Assembly: GCA_038845975.1 (NCBI GenBank)
Contig: JAWBQF010000004.1
Coordinates: 72,020 to 136,019 of the forward strand
Direction: 5' to 3'
Source: Candidatus Methanomethylicia archaeon
Lineage (GTDB): Archaea > Thermoproteota > Methanomethylicia > CALHIW01
Length of the DNA stretch: 64,000 nt
Position 1 is the first letter of the stretch; each line of letters begins with the position of its first letter. Below, one piece after another: positions 10,093 through 19,672 of this stretch. Both the position numbers and the translations under genes were made by a program. The notes beneath the pieces were generated by a model. The model saw only the letters and a list, made by a program, of their open reading frames with translations. It made no database searches and was not told the origin of the DNA.

Positions 10093-11586
10093 TTACTCCT
10101 TAAAAGATAGTACATATGCTAGTGGAATTGATAATAAAGTTATTATTCCTAGAAGCCATGCTGCCGGTGCCCAAGGTACTTCAGGATATGAGTATGGATA
10201 CTTTACATAGGACATTCCCAATACTCCGGATATTAATGTTAAAACACCAATGATTGCTAGAGCTACTAGAGGATTCTTATTAACTTTTAGCTGTAATTCT
10301 GAGTTTTCTAAGGTTTCATGAGACCCTATAATGGCTAGTTCAACTATTGGAAATAGTTTAATAAACACGGTATAAATTAATGCTGCTATAGCATATCCTC
10401 CAATTATAAGTGAGAATTCAACCCATGTTGGTATATATATACCTAGTGGATACGGTAGCTCCGGTCTTAAAAGTACAGGAATAACTATTATAATCCTCTT
10501 AATCCATAATCCAATATTAATTAGAGTAGCAGCTAAAACAATAAGCTTTATACTGAAAAATTTAGGTATAAATGTATAAATTGAAAGCATAATAAATGGA
10601 ATAGCTAATGTTATGATTACTACAAACCAATATAAGGCTGCATAATCTCCGAAAAAGAGAATGTTTGAAACCTCTTTTTCACGTGCTGGACCCAAATATC
10701 TTATTGTAACCTGCTCACATATCATGAAGTATATGTATATTGCTAAAACAACTCTAAGAAAATTGGATAAAATCCTAAATATTTGAGGAGTTATAAGAAA
10801 TTCCCACTGGAAAATTTTTCTGAAAACAGCAGCAACCATTATAATTGTTGCAACACCTGAAGCAATAGCTCCGGTTACGAAATAAGGCCCGAAAAATGGA
10901 TTATACCATCCAGGCCTAACCATTAAGCCGAAAACCCAAGATACAACAGTATGAACACTTACCATTATTGGAAGTATTACTAGAGCAAGCCACCATGCTG
11001 CTTTCTCATGAGCTTTCCTGGATAATACATCATACTTATATCTTAATGAAGCTATTTTATACAACCATGATCTCTTTATAAGATGTTTAGCACATAATGC
11101 TATATCCTCCCTCATCGTTACATAAAGATATATTATTGTTGCTACTAGATATGTTGTTATTGAGGTCATATCCCACACTAGAACTGAAAGCCATCTTCCA
11201 TAAGCAAACATATTAAGAACTCTTTCAGGCCTACCTAAATCAAAAAGTACATTCATAAAAGCTATAATTAGGCTAACAGCTGTTAATAATTCAGCCATTC
11301 TAACAATAGGCTTAAGAACTACAACTCTTAACAGTCTGACACCAGCAGAAATAGCTATACCAGCATGACTAACACCTATTAGAAAAACGAAATTAGCTAT
11401 ATATAATCCATAAATAACATAGTCTCTCATACCTGTAACTCCAAGTCCATAATATAACTGAATATACCAGGCATATAGAAACCACACAATAGTTACCGCT
11501 AATACCGAGATAAATATGTAAAATTTCCTTGATGTATATGTAAGAGGTCTTAATACTTTACTAAGTTCATTTCCACTATAACTCAT
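10093..11586 (-). CDS. NrfD/PsrC/DsrP-family quinol-interacting membrane subunit
   Basis: GLGVTG, YIANFVFLIGVSHAG, DLGRPER, SVHTVVSW and PYFVTGAIASG motifs; about 10-12 TM helices. Confidence 0.92.
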   Translation of the reverse strand: MSYSGNELSKVLRPLTYTSRKFYIFISVLAVTIVWFLYAWYIQLYYGLGVTGMRDYVIYGLYIANFVFLIGVSHAGIAISAGVRLLRVVVLKPIVRMAELLTAVSLIIAFMNVLFDLGRPERVLNMFAYGRWLSVLVWDMTSITTYLVATIIYLYVTMREDIALCAKHLIKRSWLYKIASLRYKYDVLSRKAHEKAAWWLALVILPIMVSVHTVVSWVFGLMVRPGWYNPFFGPYFVTGAIASGVATIIMVAAVFRKIFQWEFLITPQIFRILSNFLRVVLAIYIYFMICEQVTIRYLGPAREKEVSNILFFGDYAALYWFVVIITLAIPFIMLSIYTFIPKFFSIKLIVLAATLINIGLWIKRIIIVIPVLLRPELPYPLGIYIPTWVEFSLIIGGYAIAALIYTVFIKLFPIVELAIIGSHETLENSELQLKVNKNPLVALAIIGVLTLISGVLGMSYVKYPYSYPEVPWAPAAWLLGIITLLSIPLAYVLSFKE

Positions 11587-12362
11587 TTAGATCCCCTATT
11601 AATATAGTAAATACGTGGCTTATATCCAAGATCTTCCCTAAGTCTGAATGATACGTTTTCCCTTATGAGCTTTGATACTTCGCTTTCAGGATCGTTTAAA
11701 TCACCGAAATATCTAGCACCTGTTGGACATTCAACAACACATCTAGGTTTTAACCCACGTGTAACTCGATGAGGACAGAAAATACACTTTTCTACAACTC
11801 CAGCAGGTCTAGGTGGGAGAGCATTAGGATTTAGCTCACCTTCAGGTACTTGAGGCCAAACCCAATTAAAACGTCTAGCATTATATGGGCAGGCAGCCAT
11901 ACATAATCTGCATCCAATACATCTCCTATGATCTATCCAAACAACCCCAGTTTCAAGTTTAAAGGTTGCACCTACAGGACATACTTTAACACATGGTGGG
12001 TCATCGCATTGCATACATTGAACAGGTATATACCATTTACCCTCTTCGGTTTCGCTATAGCATTCATCACCAACATCTATATCAAGTATACCACGAGGTA
12101 AAGCGTAGACCTTAATATAGCTGAATCCAGAATTTCTACCTATATTATTCTCCTTAATACACGCATACATGCATATCCTACATCCAATACATTTAGATAG
12201 ATCTATTACCATAGCGTACTTGGGAAATACGTTATTTTTAGAATCTATACCACTAGCTTCACTGCCAATCTTAATGGATTCTGTAAAAATTTTTGATGTA
12301 AGTAGGAGAATGGGAGCTGTACATAGTATTTTTAGGAAGCCCCTCCTACTTACATTACCCAT
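11583..12362 (-). CDS. NrfC/DsrO-like 4Fe-4S protein with Tat signal peptide
   Basis: SRRGFLK twin-arginine motif. Cys groups CIGCRICMYAC, CMQCDDPPCVKVCP, CIGCRLCMAACP and CIFC...CVVECP. Confidence 0.93.
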   Translation of the reverse strand: MGNVSRRGFLKILCTAPILLLTSKIFTESIKIGSEASGIDSKNNVFPKYAMVIDLSKCIGCRICMYACIKENNIGRNSGFSYIKVYALPRGILDIDVGDECYSETEEGKWYIPVQCMQCDDPPCVKVCPVGATFKLETGVVWIDHRRCIGCRLCMAACPYNARRFNWVWPQVPEGELNPNALPPRPAGVVEKCIFCPHRVTRGLKPRCVVECPTGARYFGDLNDPESEVSKLIRENVSFRLREDLGYKPRIYYINRGSK

Positions 12363-12366
12363 TGCA

Positions 12367-12885
12367 TCACCCTAAGTTAGGTTTAGCTAAAAAAAATATT
12401 AGAATAGCTATTAGTGCTAATAATAGAATGATATATTGGTATTTTGGAGGAATTGGGCTTGGAGTAGTTAATGGTGGCTGGAGAGTAACATCTTCCAGTC
12501 GTGATGGACGTACTATCCATGAGGATTCCCATGTATAATTAATTGTAGTGTGAACAGTTTCACTCCATAGATTAGGCTCTTTAGCATGGCATTGACTACA
12601 CTGTATTGCTTTATCTTTAATTATTGTACCGTTTAGTAGGCATAGTGCTCCATGGTTTGGTTCAATGGGCCAGCTAACAATATGGCAGAGAGAGCATACC
12701 TTCGGTTCATCTCCAAGTTTACTATGATTACCTAAATATATGTATCTATGACATCCATAGCAATAAGGCTCTTGTGGTGAAACATATGGTGGAATGCTTA
12801 ATGCTAGTATTAGTACAATACATAATCCTAGAAGTAGAACTATAATAAGACGTGGGTAATCAGTAAGTACTTTAACAATACTCAT
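12367..12885 (-). CDS. Membrane-anchored triheme cytochrome c
   Basis: Three CxxCH motifs (CYGCH, CSLCH, CSQCH), an N-terminal hydrophobic helix, a Pro-rich linker and a C-terminal TM helix. Confidence 0.88.
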   Translation of the reverse strand: MSIVKVLTDYPRLIIVLLLGLCIVLILALSIPPYVSPQEPYCYGCHRYIYLGNHSKLGDEPKVCSLCHIVSWPIEPNHGALCLLNGTIIKDKAIQCSQCHAKEPNLWSETVHTTINYTWESSWIVRPSRLEDVTLQPPLTTPSPIPPKYQYIILLLALIAILIFFLAKPNLG

Positions 12886-12919
12886 AAAATCACCTCCTAT
12901 AATAGTTTAATAATCATAA

Positions 12920-14899
12920 TTACACCCCATCTAAAGATTTAGAAATAAGCTCAGTTAAATCACATATAGATACTTTCTCATCAATACCCTTAATTCTTGC
13001 AGCATCCTCAAGCATTGCTAGACAAAATGGACACTCGGTAATTACTCCTTCCACATTTAAATCTGTAAGCTCCTCAAGTCTTACAACACTAATTCTCTTC
13101 TCCTCAAGTATTTCATACCAATAATTCGCACCACCACCTCCACAGCAAAATGTTTTCTTTCCTCTATTTCCAGCTTCCTTAACCTTTAATCTTGGAATGT
13201 GTTTTAGAATAGTTCTAGGCTGATTATATATGTTGTTGTATCGTGCCAGATAACATGGATCATGAAGTACTACTACAGTATCTATTGGTTTGCCTATCTT
13301 GATAGCTCCCTTCCTCATAAGGTTTTCAATAAGCTCAGAGTAATGATAAACCTCAATATCTAGTAATCCAAATTTTGGGTATTCGTTTTTAAATGTATTA
13401 TAGCAGTGTGGGCAAAGAGTTAGTATTTTCCTGACGCTATACTTCTTAAATAGTTCAATATTATTTAATGCTATTTCTTGAAATCTACTTTCTTCTCCTA
13501 GTCTCCTTGCAGGATCACCGCAGCATGTTTCCTCAGCTCCAAGTACTGTAAAGCTTATATTAGCAGTTCTAAGAATCTTTATGAGAGATTCTGAAATTTT
13601 AATAGCTCTACTATCATATGAAGCTAAACATCCAATCCAAAGTAAATATTCAACATTAGGATTTTCCTGAATAGTCTTAACGTTTAATTTAGCTGCTAAT
13701 TCCTGTCTATCCCACTGCGACATTCCTAAGCTATTTGAGGAATGAGCTAGATTACTTAGTAGATCGCTTTTCTTCTTATCAAGTCTGGAATTTCCTACAA
13801 GCCATCTTCTAAGGTCAACTATAAAGTCTACATGACTTATCCATGCAGGACATGTGATCATGCATTTTCCACATGTTGTGCAGGACCAGACCTCATCTTC
13901 GGATATTATTGAGCCAGTTAATGTCTCAACATCTCCAGTTATGAGTTGTTTTTTAAGTTTTTGAATTATCATTCTAGGCTTTAAAGCTCTTTTTGAAGCT
14001 ACAGCAGGACAAACTTCGTCACATCTTCCACAATTAGTACAGGAATCAACCATAAACTTTCTAGGCCAATCAAGATCCCAAACATTACCTACACCAAATC
14101 GAATATTCTCCATCGCTTCAGGATTGCTTAATAACTCAGACAGTAGGAATGGAGTTGTTATTGAGCCTAATGGTTTATCAGATTGAATAGCAATATTTCC
14201 TGGTACAGCTAAAATATGCCATAACTTAGAGTATGGAATAGCTGCTATAATAATACATGCTGCAATAACATGTGACCACCAAAACAATATATGAAGAGTT
14301 TCCGCAGTATTAACTGGTATACTAGTTAAAAATAGTGAGATTATAGAGCCTACAGGAGACCATGCAGAGGATAATGAGGAAAATATAAGTTTAAAACTTT
14401 CAGTTAATAATCCTGATAGCCCTAGATATAGTAAAGCTACTAGAGCTAGAAGATCTTCCATTCCAGTTTCAAGCTTCCAAGGTCTAATAACCACTCTTCT
14501 AATTAATGCTAGGCAAACACCTACAATGAATAGAATACCGGAAATATCCATAATTAAGCTTAAATATTGAAAATAGGAGCTGCCGAAAATTAACACTAAT
14601 GGAAGGTTTAAATTAAATAGAAAAGGAAAACCGAGAATAACCTTTCCAAATAGGAGTATTAGGAAGCCGTACATAATTAGAAAATGTGAAATACCAATAT
14701 AGGGATCATTTAATACCCTACCTTGAAGAAGAACATCCCTTAAAAACTTAATATAATTTCTAGAAAAATACTTAAACTGATTAATAAACCCAGTAATACC
14801 ATAAATCTTAACTCTAATGTAGAAACCATAAGTAAACATCACCAACGATCCAATAGCTAAAGCATACATTAACGTTGGTGATGGGGGGGTTAAATTCAT
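12920..14899 (-). CDS. HdrF/FadF/EMO-like fusion: NarI-type cytochrome b + 2x[4Fe-4S] + two CCG domains
   Basis: N-terminal 5-TM domain with His ligands; CTNCGRCDEVCP and CTTCGKCMITCP; CCG.P...CPHC and HDPC...CCGGGG...CPFC. Confidence 0.9.
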   Translation of the reverse strand: MNLTPPSPTLMYALAIGSLVMFTYGFYIRVKIYGITGFINQFKYFSRNYIKFLRDVLLQGRVLNDPYIGISHFLIMYGFLILLFGKVILGFPFLFNLNLPLVLIFGSSYFQYLSLIMDISGILFIVGVCLALIRRVVIRPWKLETGMEDLLALVALLYLGLSGLLTESFKLIFSSLSSAWSPVGSIISLFLTSIPVNTAETLHILFWWSHVIAACIIIAAIPYSKLWHILAVPGNIAIQSDKPLGSITTPFLLSELLSNPEAMENIRFGVGNVWDLDWPRKFMVDSCTNCGRCDEVCPAVASKRALKPRMIIQKLKKQLITGDVETLTGSIISEDEVWSCTTCGKCMITCPAWISHVDFIVDLRRWLVGNSRLDKKKSDLLSNLAHSSNSLGMSQWDRQELAAKLNVKTIQENPNVEYLLWIGCLASYDSRAIKISESLIKILRTANISFTVLGAEETCCGDPARRLGEESRFQEIALNNIELFKKYSVRKILTLCPHCYNTFKNEYPKFGLLDIEVYHYSELIENLMRKGAIKIGKPIDTVVVLHDPCYLARYNNIYNQPRTILKHIPRLKVKEAGNRGKKTFCCGGGGANYWYEILEEKRISVVRLEELTDLNVEGVITECPFCLAMLEDAARIKGIDEKVSICDLTELISKSLDGV

Positions 14900-14920
14900 A
14901 GTGAAGTTAGTTGAATCAAC

Positions 14921-14938
14921 ATTTATATAAATTTTTCC
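14921..14938 (-). promoter_or_regulatory. Putative BRE/TATA promoter of the redox operon
   Basis: Minus-strand GGAAAAATTTATATAAAT about 22-38 bp upstream of the ATG at 14899. Confidence 0.55.
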
Positions 14939-15042
14939 TAGATTTTACTAAGAATTCCATGATACTGTATTAATTATTAACGCATAAAATATTTTAAGAT
15001 AATTCTGTAAATGTTTAAATACTAATATATTCAAGTTTATTC

Positions 15043-15387
15043 ATGGTTGAGCTAGCAACTACCGATTTAGCGCTTAAAATCTTATCTAGATATAAGCTAT
15101 GTAATAAATGTCTTGGTAAACTATACTACGATCCCGGATATGTTAAGGATGAAGAGAGAGGGGAATCGGTAAAGATTGTCTTATATATAGAGGCATTTAA
15201 ATACATTCAAGAAGACAACTACAATCATGGAATAGAAATTCTTAAAACATTAGCTGAAAATGGTGATTTTCACCCAGCATATTTAAGCCTAAAAGAGCTT
15301 AATATAAATATGGAAAGGGGAGAGTTTCAATGCGATTCATGTACTGGAAAAATAGATTTAAACAGTCTTAAAGACAAGAATGAATAG
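15043..15387 (+). CDS. Stand-alone protein resembling the N-terminal Zn-binding domain of archaeal Pus10
   Basis: LCNKCLG...ERGESVK...LKTLAENG...CDSCTG pattern. No pseudouridine synthase catalytic domain follows. Confidence 0.6.
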   Translation: MVELATTDLALKILSRYKLCNKCLGKLYYDPGYVKDEERGESVKIVLYIEAFKYIQEDNYNHGIEILKTLAENGDFHPAYLSLKELNINMERGEFQCDSCTGKIDLNSLKDKNE

Positions 15388-15887
15388 GTATTATATGAGG
15401 TAATTTTACGATAAAATTTAACAATAAACTAATTACATGTTACTAACTATTATTGTTTAAGCTAGGAATACTGGATTATATTAAGAGTTTATGAATTATA
15501 TATTATAATCCAATTATATAAACAATATTTAAAGTCAGCAATGAATAGCATATAATTATTATGTCTCTAGTATATCATGTCTATGAAGTATAGTTCATAT
15601 AGTCTTTATACATGCTAAAGCTTTAAACTATTCAACAAGAATTTGATTATAAATTTCAATTTATACGCTATACAAGCAAATCTTCAAGATGTGGAGCTGG
15701 TTTACTATTTATGTATTGATGAATAGTAAATTACACGTAAGTTTAACTAAGTTTACGTGTATGGCTGTAAGTATTAGAATATAATTTCATGATGCTTGAT
15801 ATGGGATATAATCATGCTGTTCCAGAAATGCTACCAGATGCTTTATTTAGTTTCTAATTGCTTCTAGCAGTATATAGCTGGAAAACT

Positions 15888-16634
15888 TTACGTAAATTCT
15901 TCCTGAATCAATTGGATAAGATTTTTCCTAATGTCAAGAAATACATCACTAAATATGCTTCTAGGTTTCGGTAATATTGCTGAAAGATCTATTTCCTTCT
16001 TTACTGTTGCCGGTCTTTTTGTTAAAACAATTACAGTATCAGCTAGAAAAACTATTTCCTCAACATTATGACTTACAAATACTGTAGTTTTCCTATATTT
16101 TTGATGAATTTTAAGAACTTCAAGCTGAAGATAATATCTTGTTTGAGCATCAATATTTGCAAATGGTTCATCCATTAGTAGGACATCAGGGTCTATAGCT
16201 AAAGCCCTTGCAAGACATGCTCTAGCTTTCATACCTCCTGATATTTCATGAGGGTAATAATCTTTAAATTCATATAATCCTACAGCTTTAAGGAGATTAT
16301 AAACAAGCTCCCTACTAGATTTTTTATTAATACCTCTAATTTCCAATCCAAAGAAAATGTTTTCCTCAACAGTTCTCCAAGGATATAGTGTAAGGCTCTG
16401 AGGAACATAGCCTATTTTATGTCTATATGTATTAGGGGCTTCATTATTAATAAGTACTTTACCAGTATCTACCTTCTCGATACCGCTTAAAATTCTTAGA
16501 AGAGTTGTTTTACCACAGCCTGAAGGACCTAAAACTCCAATAAGCATTCCAGGTTTAGCAGTGAATGATATATTATTAAGCACTTTAAGATTATTAAAGG
16601 ATTTACTAACACCCACAATATTTAGCTCAGCCAT
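15888..16634 (-). CDS. ABC transporter ATP-binding subunit (NitT/TauT/SsuB family)
   Basis: GPSGCGKTT, ISGGM and LLMDEPF motifs. Confidence 0.93.
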   Translation of the reverse strand: MAELNIVGVSKSFNNLKVLNNISFTAKPGMLIGVLGPSGCGKTTLLRILSGIEKVDTGKVLINNEAPNTYRHKIGYVPQSLTLYPWRTVEENIFFGLEIRGINKKSSRELVYNLLKAVGLYEFKDYYPHEISGGMKARACLARALAIDPDVLLMDEPFANIDAQTRYYLQLEVLKIHQKYRKTTVFVSHNVEEIVFLADTVIVLTKRPATVKKEIDLSAILPKPRSIFSDVFLDIRKNLIQLIQEEFT

Positions 16635-16642
16635 ATGACCAC

Positions 16643-17398
16643 TTAAACCTGTCTAACAAAGCCTTTCTGCCACTTTAAAGTCTTAATCTCAATAACTCTA
16701 ACAATTCTCTCAAGAATAAAACCTATTACACCAATAACTAACATGTATGCTGTTACTGCAGATATATCATGTAAATACCTCATATTCATTATTTGAAGAC
16801 CAAGACCTGGAGGACCAAACATTTCGGCTGCGACAACACACATCCATCCAACACCTACACCAGTTCTAATACCGCTTAGCATGGATGGAAGAGAAGACGG
16901 AAGAGCAACCTTAACTAGAATGTCTAGATCACCAGCTCCTAATGTTCTAGCTATCTCTACATATTCTAACGGTACATTACTAAATCCTAGAAAGGTATTT
17001 GTAAATATTGGAAAGAAGGAGCCTATAAATATTATTAGGGAGGATGCTTCAAAATCACTTCTAAAAGATATGAGAGCGAATGGAATCCATGCTATTGGTG
17101 GAATAGGTCTAATAATTTCTACTATAGGTTTAATAAGGGCTCTTACTGAACGATACCATCCAGACAACGCACCAATAGGAATAGCAACTACTAGAGCCAT
17201 GGCAAATCCAGCAATGAAGTGGACGATGCTATGATATGCATATATTGGGATTTTATCTATTAATGCATAGATGGAGAAAACAACATCAACAGGTCTAGGT
17301 AGAATAGCAGGAAGAATCCGGATTTCTGATGCTAACTCCCATAGTGAAATAAATACGGCAATAGATGTTAACGATATTAGGCTATCTCTAAACTTCAT
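16643..17398 (-). CDS. ABC transporter permease (NitT/TauT/SsuC family)
   Basis: RPIPPIAWIP, EIARTLGA and VVAAEM motifs. Confidence 0.93.
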   Translation of the reverse strand: MKFRDSLISLTSIAVFISLWELASEIRILPAILPRPVDVVFSIYALIDKIPIYAYHSIVHFIAGFAMALVVAIPIGALSGWYRSVRALIKPIVEIIRPIPPIAWIPFALISFRSDFEASSLIIFIGSFFPIFTNTFLGFSNVPLEYVEIARTLGAGDLDILVKVALPSSLPSMLSGIRTGVGVGWMCVVAAEMFGPPGLGLQIMNMRYLHDISAVTAYMLVIGVIGFILERIVRVIEIKTLKWQKGFVRQV

Positions 17399-17427
17399 AT
17401 ACTGTCAACTATCAAATAGAAGTTAAC

Positions 17428-18528
17428 TTATAAGGTTTCCTTAACAGCTTCTTCATATATTGACTTGTTAAGCAGATCATTAATTTCTGGTTTAACCTTT
17501 ATTGATCCTATATTATACATTGCATTAACAAACATAATCAACCCTTCCTCAGCTTTACTTGGATCCGGATTAAATATAATTTTTGTTTTATTATCTGTAA
17601 ATGTCTTCATCAATACGTATCTAGTAAAAGTTATATTATAGCCCCAAAGCTCAGAAAGCTTTAAAGCACCAATTTCAATAGCTTCAACGGTATTCTCAGC
17701 AATATATTTCTCAGCCTTTACATGTAGTTTAACCAGTAATCTAGCTAAATCCGGATACTTCTCGTAGAATTCTCTACTTATAGCAAGTACACAGCATGGA
17801 TGATCCAATACCATATCACCGCTTGAAGTAACTATTTTACCAATATTTTTAATTTCACAAATTTCGGGAGTTGGTGAGGGGGCAAATATAGCATCTACCT
17901 TTCTAGTTGATAATAATTCAATTTGTTCCTGAGGGCCAGAAACCGGCTTAATATAGACGTTTACATTAGGATCACCTAAATCTCCAGGTTTTAATCCATT
18001 ATTTTTAAGCCAGCTAATCATGATTGTATGTTGAATACTACCTGGAGGATATGTTGCAATTACTTTTCCAATCAGGCTTTTTGGACTAGTATAGTTTAAT
18101 TCAGGATTTACTACAAGCGCTGAGCCATGATATTGAGCTATAGCAACTATAATAGCCCGTGGTACAGATCGGCTAGATTGCTTAGCTTCAAGATATTTAG
18201 CTACAGCACTAATAGCCGGAGTTGCACCAACATACATGACATCAATATCACCAGCTAAAAATCTCTCAACTTGCGGTGGACCACTAGGAAACGACTTCTC
18301 AATAATAGTTACATTATATCCAAGCTTAGCAGCTTCAGACTCAATCCATTTCTTACTTAGCATAATGAAAGCCGGTAAATGATGATCTGAAGGCTGATAT
18401 GAAAATTTAATAGTAACATATCTAGACTCTACCGGCTTATTGAATGTTATAAGAAATATTGCTATTGAAGCTATAAGAATAACTGCTACGATCATAATAG
18501 CTTTACCTATGTTCTTCAATGCAGTCAC
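17428..18528 (-). CDS. ABC transporter substrate-binding protein (SsuA/TauA/NrtA-like)
   Basis: N-terminal anchor; YQPSDHH, FPSGP, GSIQH and HPCC motifs; operon context. Confidence 0.88.
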   Translation of the reverse strand: MTALKNIGKAIMIVAVILIASIAIFLITFNKPVESRYVTIKFSYQPSDHHLPAFIMLSKKWIESEAAKLGYNVTIIEKSFPSGPPQVERFLAGDIDVMYVGATPAISAVAKYLEAKQSSRSVPRAIIVAIAQYHGSALVVNPELNYTSPKSLIGKVIATYPPGSIQHTIMISWLKNNGLKPGDLGDPNVNVYIKPVSGPQEQIELLSTRKVDAIFAPSPTPEICEIKNIGKIVTSSGDMVLDHPCCVLAISREFYEKYPDLARLLVKLHVKAEKYIAENTVEAIEIGALKLSELWGYNITFTRYVLMKTFTDNKTKIIFNPDPSKAEEGLIMFVNAMYNIGSIKVKPEINDLLNKSIYEEAVKETL

Positions 18529-18765
18529 CTAAACCCTAAAAGGGATGAGGTATATAAAAATTTCTAAATAGTATATAAATAGAGCCTTTTCAAATACAAA
18601 TGGATAGAAAAATATCCTTACAGTATTACTATTTGATTTCCTACAACTTTAAATATGTTTATTTCATTGTTTTGAAATGTTTAATATGAATTAAGTATTG
18701 AAATAAGGAATTATATGTGGAGCATAATTAAGCAATAACGTTTCCAGAAGCGCTACTAGATAATA

Positions 18766-19302
18766 CTAGCTGATAGTGTTAAACTGTGATGCTGCTCTTT
18801 TTATTGATTGAACAATATCGTTTTCGCATACATTAACTGAAACAAGAGGTATATCTATAAAATCCTGTAGCATCTGGATGACTATTGGTGCTGCAACTAT
18901 AGCTTTGGCTCCATCTTTAACTGCTTTTATAGCAACCCTATATACATCATCAAGCGTATTTACAGAGTATCCTTTAACCTTTATATTTAGCTCTGTAAGC
19001 TCTCTTGAAGATAAAATTCTTTCAACAACTTGTCTAGTAGCTAGAAGAGCTATAAAATCCTTCTCATAACTTTCCCTATTATGAATACTTTTAAAACCAT
19101 TTATGATTGCTCTTAAAGTATAAATTCTAATACCGCCTTTCCCACTTACAATCTTCTTTAAAGTACTTAATGGAACACCTGATATATTTGAAAAATCACG
19201 AAGCTTAACTCCTGAAATTATTAGAGCTCTTCTAAACTCTTTTCCAAACTCAGCATCTGACATTAAAGCAGCATTAACCAATCTCTGAATTATAGAACTC
19301 AT
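18766..19302 (-). CDS. XRE-type HTH transcriptional regulator
   Basis: HTH LRDFSNISGVPLSTLKKIVSG plus a C-terminal alpha/beta domain (DGAKAIVAAP); upstream of the ABC operon. Confidence 0.78.
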   Translation of the reverse strand: MSSIIQRLVNAALMSDAEFGKEFRRALIISGVKLRDFSNISGVPLSTLKKIVSGKGGIRIYTLRAIINGFKSIHNRESYEKDFIALLATRQVVERILSSRELTELNIKVKGYSVNTLDDVYRVAIKAVKDGAKAIVAAPIVIQMLQDFIDIPLVSVNVCENDIVQSIKRAASQFNTIS

Positions 19303-19489
19303 ATAAACTATTAACTATAGCTTTCTTATATTTCTTCATAACAATAGCTTTACTACTTGCCGATTTAAAACCTAAAATAATTATTGATTAGAATTGTTAT
19401 GATTCTAATCAATATAATGGTAGTATGGATTTTACAGATATGTCTTGAATGTAATAGTTTATTTTAATACATCTACACGATAAACTCAC

Positions 19490-19630
19490 TACAAAACCTC
19501 AGTAGTATTATTATGTATACTGTTTGGATGAGTGTTGATACTAGCCTTTCATACCCATAGTTACTCTTCTGAATGATGTTATCAATGCGAAAAGCCTTTC
19601 AACAATGCTTCTCATGCTTTTATATACCTT
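19490..19630 (-). pseudogene. IS5-family transposase C-terminal relic
   Basis: RSIVERLFALITSFRRVTM / YERLVST matches the R.xVER.FAW...FRR...RYE motif; frameshifted. Confidence 0.6.
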
Positions 19631-19672
19631 CTTAATGAAAGCTTGTAGTCAAAGTTATTAGTTAATGTTTAT

